In this document: positions 7,374-14,786 of the stretch, piece after piece | How positions within the stretch are numbered: position 1 is the first letter of the stretch | Layout: each line of letters begins with the position of its first letter | Assembly: GCA_050293845.1 (NCBI GenBank) | Contig: JBNKNM010000134.1 | Coordinates: 1-14,786 of the forward strand | Direction of reading: 5' to 3' | Origin: Pseudobacteriovorax sp. | GTDB taxonomy: Bacteria; Bdellovibrionota_B; Oligoflexia; Oligoflexales; Oligoflexaceae | Length of the DNA: 14,786 nt | Made by a program: the position numbers and the translations under genes | Notes under the pieces: generated by a model | Told to the model about the DNA's origin: nothing | Databases searched by the model: none | What the model saw: only the letters and a program-made list of their open reading frames with translations

Positions 7374-8519
7374 CTATTTGGCAATAGTCTTTTCAACAGG
7401 ACCAGTGCCACTAACACATTGGGAAGGATTAAGAGGTTTTTCTTTTCCTACTCTAGCACTTACGTGCAACTGTTCGCGTAGAAGCATTTCTCCTTGAATG
7501 CTTGTCTGCATCGGTCGCTGATATTTTAAATAATTGACCCAGGTATCAAAGGAACTAAACCTGTTTCTTACCTTGTTCCAATCCCAATAGCGATGATTAT
7601 TCGCTACCTCTGAAGCAATGGCTTCCCCAATACTGAGGCCTTCGCCTCCAAAGGTCGTGGCTACTGTCGGTCTGTTGTCGCCATAGTCACGATGGGCATG
7701 AAACCCCCAACGCAAGAATCCATGCATTTCAATCTTGGAATAAGTCTTGACCTTTGCTTGCCACTTTTGGACATAGTCTTGAGCCGTCACAACCAACTCG
7801 ACTTCTTGCTCACTACAACCTGGCACTTGGATGGACGTATCAAAACCGAAACTATCACCTTCCCATTGAGCAGAACTAGAACCTTCTGTAATACTTTTGG
7901 AGACTTCACCGGCAAAACTAATGCTTGCAGTATATTTTGTTTCACCTCCGAAACCAAGGAGCCCAGCCTTAAGCCCTACCTCCACGGAATTGCTGACAGT
8001 AGTCGTGAAACTTCCGCCGACAACTGTTGAGCTATTAGTTGTCAGAACACTTCGTTTACTTCCGTTGTAGGAGACCGAAGCAGATGCTGGGTTGGTTCCG
8101 TAGTTTTTGATCGTTAAAACCTGAACAGACTGTATGTTAGGTGCGCCTTTGGATTGTGCCTTTGCAATATCAATATCGTAAAGGTCAGATCTGAAGTCAT
8201 ACAGTGTGTAGGCAGTACGGTCGTTGTTCCTATATCCATCTTTGTTGCAACGTTCCTTGGAAAATCGCTCTTGCCGTATGACGAAACGATCACCTTCCCA
8301 ACCACTGTAAAATGGACAGCCATAAGCCCAGCCATAACCTATCATATTTGCAAAATTATAGACTCCACGAAGCTGTTTTTGGAAAAAATCTTGCGTGTAG
8401 TCTCTGATAAACTCGTCTTGCTGTGTTTTCAATATTTGACTATCGAGTGAGCTGTTTTCCTCTACGCCACAGGAAGATAGAACAAGTACGAACATGGAAG
8501 TCACACAAAGCTTTTTCAT
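7374..8519 (-). CDS. Aerolysin-family beta-pore-forming toxin with lipoprotein signal peptide
   Basis: Aerolysin-like blocks: ANMIGYGWAYG (cf. AHYLGYAWVGG), C..DGYR..DR, a Ser/Thr-rich amphipathic hairpin, GFLRWG..AH....DNRP...TTF (cf. GFLRWGGNAW..HPDNRP) and YWDWN. MKKLCVTSMFVLVLSS|C lipobox. ATG 8519 is preceded by GAGGGG, so it is preferred over the ORF-track start at 8531. Confidence 0.9.
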   Translation of the reverse strand: MKKLCVTSMFVLVLSSCGVEENSSLDSQILKTQQDEFIRDYTQDFFQKQLRGVYNFANMIGYGWAYGCPFYSGWEGDRFVIRQERFSKERCNKDGYRNNDRTAYTLYDFRSDLYDIDIAKAQSKGAPNIQSVQVLTIKNYGTNPASASVSYNGSKRSVLTTNSSTVVGGSFTTTVSNSVEVGLKAGLLGFGGETKYTASISFAGEVSKSITEGSSSAQWEGDSFGFDTSIQVPGCSEQEVELVVTAQDYVQKWQAKVKTYSKIEMHGFLRWGFHAHRDYGDNRPTVATTFGGEGLSIGEAIASEVANNHRYWDWNKVRNRFSSFDTWVNYLKYQRPMQTSIQGEMLLREQLHVSARVGKEKPLNPSQCVSGTGPVEKTIAK

Positions 8520-8555
8520 AGATCCCCTCACTACAAAAGTGTTAGCTATGAGGCG

Positions 8556-8598
8556 AACCTAGAAATTTGAGCTAAGCTTGTCAACCTTTAATTAGCTC
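8556..8598 (-). promoter_or_regulatory. sigma70-type promoter of the toxin gene with overlapping inverted repeat
   Basis: Minus strand TTGACA (8584-8579), 17 bp, TAGGTT (8561-8556). GAGCTAA (8569-8575) and TTAGCTC (8592-8598) flank the -35. Confidence 0.6.
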
Positions 8599-9170
8599 TA
8601 CATTCCCTTCGGACATCAACGTTTCTGCCCGAAAATCAGCTATATTTAAGATTTTTAAAATGTTGTTGATTAATTCTCTCTTTGGAAATTAATTCCTTAA
8701 ACAACTGTTTTGTTGACTAGAATCTGAAAGTTAGATTTACATTTTTCGTTACAGAATATCCTTGATTTTGCTGTTTTGCCTTTCATAGAGGCAAAATAAT
8801 ATTCTTTAACACCTTGCGCATTCCATAGAATCCATGAATCATAAAAGCCGCAATCAAAGTCATAGAATATAACTTTATTGTAATTAGTGGCTATATTTTC
8901 CGCTCAACCATAAAAGCAAGACTGCTGAGTGGGGATACCTTTAGGTTTCTCTCTTTAGGTTATGGATCGATTACGCTTTTGGTCTCTTGTTAGCTTTGAC
9001 ATTACTAAATCCCTAGATAGAAAAGAAATTTTGTAAAAGTATTTCACTCGGCCCAAAATACGGAATTCCACAGCTGTAGGCAACTACCTTTAAAGCTAAT
9101 TTATCAATTTCTAAAAATGTGCTAATCCTAATATTTCTCAATTCAATCTATTCCGTAAAGGAGGTAGTTT

Positions 9171-11525
9171 ATGGGGAAAATAGGTAGAAACGCTCCATGC
9201 CCTTGTGGCTCCGGCAAAAAGTATAAAAAGTGCTGTCTCCAGCTCGCTACAGACGTTGAAAGGGAACAGAGCCATTCCTCTCCCCTACCATTGCCAAAGC
9301 GTAGTGACATATTGAACCAAGTCTTTATGCATATCAGTATTGCTGCTCCTAAAGAACTTCATCAATCTTTAAGAGCCATGTGCCTACAAAATCTGATTGG
9401 CTCCGCTTTGGCTAATTACTTGGAGGTAGCGAATGATTTTAATCCCTACGAAGATCAGCTAACAGGCTTATTCTATCCTGTTAGGCGCTTGAAGCTTGAT
9501 TTTTTCCAAGGAAACATCAGAAGTCACCTAAAAAAAACTATGACACCGAGTGTCTTTGAAATCACAAAAGCCATCACCAAAAGCCGATTAACCATTTTAA
9601 AAATAGATCTTACCGAGCAGGATCATTGTCGCTCTAAGTCAATCGAAAAGGCATTAAAGCTCATAAATGACCCATACTTGGCAGATATTTGCCAGGTCAA
9701 TTGTGATGAAGGCGAGTTCCCATTATACTATCTAGATAGCTGTACTGATTCGACTGACAAAAAGAAGATTCATATACCATGCTGTTGGCTACCCCGAAAT
9801 TCGCCACTAAAAGGTCAGTACACCCTCGCATATGTTATGGAAATTGCTAACATATGTATTGCGATTCCTAACATAGATGAATTTTTATTTGACGAAGACC
9901 TTCTGGATCTTGCCTTTAATGAAGGTCAAAGTCAAAAACAGATTGCTTCTTGGGTTGGGATTGCGGAGCAAAATCTAACATGGTCCATGCTTCTCAGTTC
10001 TAGCTATTATATATGGGAATATCATCTTAACAAAGCTAAAGATGAGCTAAGGATGGAGGGCCTAAGGTGTTCCCAGCTAAGACTTGCACAAATCTGGGCG
10101 GAAAACTTAGTACAAGAAGCCGGTGAGCAGGATGGGGCCTTTGATAAGATTCTGAACAAGTTGATTGGACCTGAAAAAGAAAAATACCAGGATATCTTTT
10201 CCTCAATATGGGACAAAGGTCGCTTAAAAGCTTGGGGACAAGGCGATCGATCAATCCCCCATGGCCAGCAATTAGTTAAGGCTCTGCTACAAGAGCTATC
10301 TGAGGAAGAAGAGTTGCTTTATGCAGCCAGAACAAGGAAAAAGCGAGGCGCGAGAAAATCCGACTATCAACACTTCCATCGATACAAACGCTCGAACTTT
10401 AACCCTCTCGATATTAAGGAAATTCAATTAACAGCCACTTCCCAGACCCTAAAAAGCTGTATGTTGGGGATTATGCATAACTATGGATTCTCTCTAACAG
10501 TTCCAGCAATCCAATGGAGTCATGATTCCGTAGACCTTGAGTTAAATGTTGTGCAAGATTTGGTGATCCTTCCCGTTAGCTTTCTCGCCTATGAATGGTC
10601 CATGCTCGAAGAACTTGCTAAGTGGGTTTTGGCAACTTTACTAGCCGAACAATATCAGAAAAACAATTCTCTTTCAAAAAGCAAAGCATTTGAAATGGCA
10701 GCTAAAAGACTATGCTTATCGAAGGAATTTGCCGATGAGGGGGACAAGCTAAAAACAATGCCAAAGCATTGGAAGTTTGATCAAGCAGGCTTGGACGATC
10801 GCCAAAAGTCGGTTATGAGAAAGGTTGATAAACTGTTTTCTCTAGCAAGTTCAAGCAACAAGTCCGAGGCAGACCTTGCGATGCAAAGAGCACAAGAACT
10901 ACTAAATAATTATAATCTTGATAAAAGTAAGTTAGAATCGTCATCAAAAAGTAGCTTGGTTAAACTAACTTTGTATTTAGAACGTCAATCGGCTAGTCGC
11001 TTAATCAATGAAATCTGCGGTATTTTATCGTCCTTTTACTTTGTCCGGATTATTTACGGCAAAGCCTGGAACTATGAAAAGGAGTCTTTTGAAACAGTTG
11101 TCAATGTTCTGGGCGAAAGACACAACGTACTTATGGCTGAGCATGTTTTCGATTTTTTAGTGTACAAGGCTGATAACCTTTGGAAGAAAGCAAAGAAAGA
11201 TGGGCTTACAAATAAGCAAAAACTAAGCTTTCAGGTTGGACTTATATGGGGATTTCGAGCAAGCTTAGAAAAAATTGAGGAGGGTCGCCGCAAAGCGAAA
11301 ACAACAGAGCAAAATCTCAATGCCCTCATCGCGCTTAATGAGGAGCAACTCAACGACTACGTTGACTCTTTATACCCCAGTCTGCGCGACATTTCTCGCA
11401 GAAGGCTTTCTGTTGACAAAGAGGGTTATCAGGCGGGGACCGATCAGGGATCAAAGTTAAGGATTGATCGACCGATCGCCAATCGCGAAGACTCAAAAGG
11501 AGGGACTCCTCTACTTGGACCTTAA
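9171..11525 (+). CDS. SEC-C motif + unknown central region + degenerate SprT-like + DUF2786 domain protein
   Basis: RBS AAGGAGG. N-terminal KIGRNAPCPCGSGKKYKKCC (SEC-C). VMRKVDKLFSLASSSNKSEADLAMQRAQELLNNYNL (DUF2786), followed by G.R.NV.MAEHVF.FL, SF..G...GF...L and GYQAG...G, which usually follow DUF2786. Confidence 0.88.
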   Translation: MGKIGRNAPCPCGSGKKYKKCCLQLATDVEREQSHSSPLPLPKRSDILNQVFMHISIAAPKELHQSLRAMCLQNLIGSALANYLEVANDFNPYEDQLTGLFYPVRRLKLDFFQGNIRSHLKKTMTPSVFEITKAITKSRLTILKIDLTEQDHCRSKSIEKALKLINDPYLADICQVNCDEGEFPLYYLDSCTDSTDKKKIHIPCCWLPRNSPLKGQYTLAYVMEIANICIAIPNIDEFLFDEDLLDLAFNEGQSQKQIASWVGIAEQNLTWSMLLSSSYYIWEYHLNKAKDELRMEGLRCSQLRLAQIWAENLVQEAGEQDGAFDKILNKLIGPEKEKYQDIFSSIWDKGRLKAWGQGDRSIPHGQQLVKALLQELSEEEELLYAARTRKKRGARKSDYQHFHRYKRSNFNPLDIKEIQLTATSQTLKSCMLGIMHNYGFSLTVPAIQWSHDSVDLELNVVQDLVILPVSFLAYEWSMLEELAKWVLATLLAEQYQKNNSLSKSKAFEMAAKRLCLSKEFADEGDKLKTMPKHWKFDQAGLDDRQKSVMRKVDKLFSLASSSNKSEADLAMQRAQELLNNYNLDKSKLESSSKSSLVKLTLYLERQSASRLINEICGILSSFYFVRIIYGKAWNYEKESFETVVNVLGERHNVLMAEHVFDFLVYKADNLWKKAKKDGLTNKQKLSFQVGLIWGFRASLEKIEEGRRKAKTTEQNLNALIALNEEQLNDYVDSLYPSLRDISRRRLSVDKEGYQAGTDQGSKLRIDRPIANREDSKGGTPLLGP

Positions 11526-11606
11526 AGGACGACCTAGGCTTAACTTTTTTCGCAGTAGCTTACAGGTTTTAATTAGCATAACTTATGTTTCTTTATTGTT
11601 TTTCGA

Positions 11607-12144
11607 GTGACAATGCTCCACGCTTAAATTGCGAATCTTTGCGTGGATTTTCCTAGCTTGCCGCTTTTTCATGTGCTTCTACGCACGAGCAAGCTTGCGT
11701 TCCATCATACGGTAGTAGCGACTATTCGCTACCTTTTTGCCGCTGGAGAGAGTGGCCACATCTTTCATACCCAGATCAATGCCAACTTCAGCACTGGCAT
11801 CATATTGTTCTGACTCATACTCAACTGCGATACACAGATACCATCTACCACGTGAATCTTCACATAGCTCCCCAGCCCCGTAGCTACCTTTAACAGGGAT
11901 TCGTTCTGGCTGAAATACACTAAGCTTTAACCCAGCATATCTTACTTGTCCTTCCTTGAAAGAAATCCCTGTTTTTTTAAAAAGAATCCATCCCAGAGAC
12001 TTTTTTCCTCTCCAACGAAGTTTTCGCTTCTTAAATTGACGACGTCTTAGTGCATACTCTGAGCACACTTCTTGAACTGTCGTAGAATTAATACCAAGCT
12101 CATATCCCCATGGATAAATCCAGGGGCTTTACGACGGTTTTTCA
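11607..12144 (-). mobile_element. Internally deleted non-autonomous IS605/IS608-like element (~538 bp) with both ends
   Basis: Left end: target TTAC (12148-12145) | TGAAAAACCGTCGT-AAAG-CCCCTGGATTTATCCATGGGG-ATAT, the same layout as IS608 (TTAC target, AAAG guide, CCCC..GGGG hairpin). Right-end residue TTTAAGCGTGGAGCATTGTCAC ends at 11607; this end is less certain. Confidence 0.8.
11628..12101 (-). pseudogene. tnpB: tnpB fragment (WED + RuvC-I + bridge helix)
   Basis: ELGINSTTVQEVCSEY..RRRQFKKRKLRWR..KSLGW..FK, EDSRGRWYLCI and VGIDLGMKDVATLSSG (RuvC-I). After a premature TAG (11681-11679) the frame continues KHMKKRQARKIHAKIRN. N-terminus, RuvC-II/III and Zn finger are missing. Confidence 0.92.
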
Positions 12145-12250
12145 GTAAACCTCATGTTTTTTACCCTAAAGTAACTCCATATGGCTTGTTTTTATCCCTT
12201 ATTAAGCCGACTAAAGTAATTATTTCTCTGCCGAGCTTTTTAGGTAAGTT

Positions 12251-12622
12251 ATGAAAGCTTTAATTTTTGAAGACGACCTAATCGTTTTGGAAATCGTAAC
12301 TGAATTCCTGGAAGAATTGAACTTCGAGGTTGATACTTGTATTTTTCCTGCCCTAGTGATGGAAAAGGTAAAGGTAAATACTTATGATTTAATAATCTTG
12401 GATCTATACACTCCGGAAATGGATGGGTTTGAATTAACCTACAAAATCAAGGAGTTCGATCAGAAAATTCCCATACTAGGTATTACGGGCTCCGATGATT
12501 ATGGTTATTCACTCCTCCGCTTGGACGACGGTAAAAAAAGGGAAAAGATCCAAACCATCCTTGCTAAACCCTTCTCTTTTCAGGACTTTGCAGAAATTAT
12601 CAAGATAAAGTTTCCGAACTAG
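12251..12622 (+). CDS. Stand-alone response regulator receiver (CheY-like)
   Basis: ALIFEDD, YDLIILDLYTPEMDGFEL (phosphoacceptor Asp), ILGITG, ILAKPF; no output domain. Confidence 0.92.
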   Translation: MKALIFEDDLIVLEIVTEFLEELNFEVDTCIFPALVMEKVKVNTYDLIILDLYTPEMDGFELTYKIKEFDQKIPILGITGSDDYGYSLLRLDDGKKREKIQTILAKPFSFQDFAEIIKIKFPN

Positions 12623-12968
12623 ACTTGAGGAAAATCTTCTACAGGACATATACATAACCTGTCAGGTCACTATTGCGTGTGTAACATGGTCCCTGAAGCA
12701 AAAAACACTAATTTAACCTTACCTTCAAACTGGATTTATATATTGGCGATATGTTACTACGAAACGCCCAACAATACTTTACAAGTCATCTTAGAGATCG
12801 ATATGCTAGATGGCTTCCCTCCATGGCAAATAGACCTCGAAATGTAGGGCATTTGCAGCCATTCCCCATGATCTTTAACTCATAATTCACTTTTAGAACC
12901 GGAAAATTTTTGAAAGTTTTCTCTTTGCTTATTAAACTCTTAGCCCTATTTATGTAAGTTGGAGTTTA

Positions 12969-13361
12969 TTGATGAATGCTCTATTATTGGAAGATGATAT
13001 CGATACCCTTGATGTTACCTGTGAGTACCTCCAATGCCTGAATTTAACGATCAAAAAGTTTAGTTTTCCTAGCAAAGCCCTAAGAGCTTTAGAAAAAGAA
13101 CAATTCGATCTTATCTTTACTGACATAATTTTACCTGAAATGGATGGTTTTGAGTTCGCCTATCAAGTAAGAGCAATGGGTGTAAATTCTCATATAATTG
13201 CTATTACCGGTCTTCCTGACTATGGTGAAGTCCTACTGAAATCTACTGATGGAAAAAACCGCTTAGCCATCAATCATATTTTATTAAAGCCGGTGGAGTA
13301 CGAAGAAATCGAAAAGGTTGTTAGCCTGTTTGCTTCTCCATCTACCGGCCTCAGTACTTAA
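12969..13361 (+). CDS. Stand-alone response regulator receiver, paralogue of 12251..12622 (start probably ATG at 12972)
   Basis: ALLLEDD, FDLIFTDIILPEMDGFEF, IIAITG, ILLKPV; GGAG RBS at 12961. Confidence 0.92.
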   Translation: MMNALLLEDDIDTLDVTCEYLQCLNLTIKKFSFPSKALRALEKEQFDLIFTDIILPEMDGFEFAYQVRAMGVNSHIIAITGLPDYGEVLLKSTDGKNRLAINHILLKPVEYEEIEKVVSLFASPSTGLST

Positions 13362-13362
13362 C

Positions 13363-13404
13363 CCCCTTTTCTTCGCCTTTTTATCAGCTTTCGAAAAAAA
13401 GGGG
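13363..13404. terminator. Hairpin between convergent genes, possible bidirectional terminator
   Basis: CCCCTTTTCTTCG ... CGAAAAAAAGGGG inverted repeat between two stop codons; no clean external U-tract. Confidence 0.45.
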
Positions 13405-13429
13405 ATTAGCTAAAACGGACGACAATAGG

Positions 13430-14786
13430 CTATTTAATTCCAGCACTGCGATTAATCGCATTTTGCCACATATTTGTGAAAAAATCTGCTGATCGGAATA
13501 TTGGCTCAAGGTCAGAGCGTTTTAAACCCTGCTGCCTTAAGTCTTCAAAAAAGTCTGGGATCAAACCGATATGAGCGGCGCCGTCAGTATTAAAATCGAA
13601 GGTCCGAGCTCCAAACTGATAAAGCTCCATTTGCTGGGAGTTGGGATTTGTGGCTGCTGGTATCAAAGCCGTATCTAAAGCGAAGGGATAGTTCACACGG
13701 CTACTATCGGGTTGTGCAATTGAAGAGCTACCACCGGGGCAAGCATGATCACCAAAACGCGGACCCGGCATGTGAGCGAAACCGTTAAAATCCGTACCTA
13801 TGGCGATAGATCCATCATATGAACTTTCCCCAATGAGATCCTTAAGGTACATGTAAGATTGGGCAAAAGTTTGACTGGTGGCTCCACAGCCATGGGGAAT
13901 ATACTGTCCACCATCCCCTCGCCACTCACCTACTTCCATAAGGTTCCCTTGGCCAGGGATCAAGCCAATCATACCCCCAAGGTTCACAATGCGGGTTAGT
14001 TCACGACCAGGAGGATTCGCTTCGTGACGATTACCCAAGTTAGCCATATCGTACAGGCCTGTATGGCCAGTTACAATGCCAGGGTAAGATTGGGCCTCAG
14101 CCACACCAATAGCATCAGACATTGAGCGCGCAGACATATGTCCCACATCAATCAGCATGCCTTTCTTCATCAAGGCTTCCATGAAAAACTTACCTTTTTC
14201 TGTCAAACCCAGGACATTACAATCCTTACTATAGTGCTTGCAATCGTAACTATCTCCCCCGGAGATAAGGTTATAGAGTGCAGCCCCCCCAAAATCATTG
14301 GTTTTCAAATGTATGGGAAAGACATAACGCAAACCCAGATCATAGAGCTCATTAACACCGTCTTCGATTTGTTCAAAATCACAGGCATCGGGTCGGCAAC
14401 CGAGGGGATAATCAACTTCAGTACCGAGAATAACAGCAAGCTTACCAGCCGCGATGACCTGCCGGGCTTCTTCTGGAGATGTTACGACACGGAACCAGCC
14501 ATCTCCTCCATTCTTTTGATCAATCCAGTTCTGCATCGCATAAACAGCTTCTGTCTGGCGTCGCAGAGTTTCCATATCATCAAGGTCCAGAACGGGGTCA
14601 GTAGCAATAGAGATGCCTTTTACGATGTCCGGCAATCCATTATCTTTCGCTCCGAACATAAAGTCCCCATTGACAGCTAACGCTACCATAGCCCGTAAAC
14701 CACCCTCATAAGCTCTCTTAATCCATTCATAGTACATAGTCTGGTGAGTTAAGCTATCGTGTGCAGGCCAATAAGGAAATCCTTCG
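13430..14786 (-). CDS. Amidohydrolase, membrane dipeptidase (M19) / sphingolipid ceramide N-deacylase-like; 5' end lies outside the window
   Basis: The frame is open to the edge: EGFPYWPAHDSLTHQTMYYEWIKRAYEGGLRAMVALAVN. Also GKLAVILGTEV, FPIHLKTNDFGG, GLTEKGK....LMKKGMLIDVGHMS, VTGHTG, IGTDFNGF and AHIGLIPDF. Confidence 0.85.
   Translation of the reverse strand, partial: EGFPYWPAHDSLTHQTMYYEWIKRAYEGGLRAMVALAVNGDFMFGAKDNGLPDIVKGISIATDPVLDLDDMETLRRQTEAVYAMQNWIDQKNGGDGWFRVVTSPEEARQVIAAGKLAVILGTEVDYPLGCRPDACDFEQIEDGVNELYDLGLRYVFPIHLKTNDFGGAALYNLISGGDSYDCKHYSKDCNVLGLTEKGKFFMEALMKKGMLIDVGHMSARSMSDAIGVAEAQSYPGIVTGHTGLYDMANLGNRHEANPPGRELTRIVNLGGMIGLIPGQGNLMEVGEWRGDGGQYIPHGCGATSQTFAQSYMYLKDLIGESSYDGSIAIGTDFNGFAHMPGPRFGDHACPGGSSSIAQPDSSRVNYPFALDTALIPAATNPNSQQMELYQFGARTFDFNTDGAAHIGLIPDFFEDLRQQGLKRSDLEPIFRSADFFTNMWQNAINRSAGIK

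Noticed and set aside
7181..8450. ORFs 7181..7417, 7692..8030, 8114..8335 and 8154..8450, including as possible immunity genes
   Set aside because: All overlap the toxin gene in other frames or strands, with no RBS or motifs.
8600..9160. Long AT-rich divergent spacer as an ncRNA, riboswitch or CRISPR array
   Set aside because: No regularly spaced repeats or recognisable conserved RNA motif; only weak AT-rich hairpins.
10022..11460. ORFs 10022..10216, 10036..10254 and 11275..11460
   Set aside because: Internal to the 784-aa CDS.
11679..12068. 129-aa ORF as a functional miniature TnpB
   Set aside because: Homology extends past both the called start and the stop, and RuvC-II/III are deleted, so it is a pseudogene.
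12072..12254. 60-aa plus-strand ORF
   Set aside because: Runs across the IS left-end hairpin; chance frame.
14138..14680. 180-aa plus-strand ORF
   Set aside because: Antisense shadow of the amidohydrolase gene.

Overview
AT-rich (roughly 38% GC by eye) bacterial accessory region. The gene repertoire is reminiscent of Oligoflexia/Bdellovibrionota, which is inference only. Apparently intact genes: an ABM-like barrel protein with a TetR regulator, a minimal arsR-acr3 arsenite operon, a GH44 endoglucanase, a lipoprotein-signal aerolysin-family pore-forming toxin, a 784-aa SEC-C / degenerate SprT-like / DUF2786 protein, two paralogous stand-alone receiver proteins, and a 5'-truncated M19/SCDase-like amidohydrolase. 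The 'intergenic' DNA is not empty. It holds three IS200/IS605-superfamily (OMEGA) relics: an IscB/IsrB-type omegaRNA (HEARO-like) 5' scaffold at the left edge, a tnpB remnant whose right end supplies the GH44 stop codon, and an internally deleted IS608-like tnpB element with both ends. It also holds spliced fragments of several toxin-antitoxin genes and other decayed genes. All calls are by motif recognition; no searches were run.
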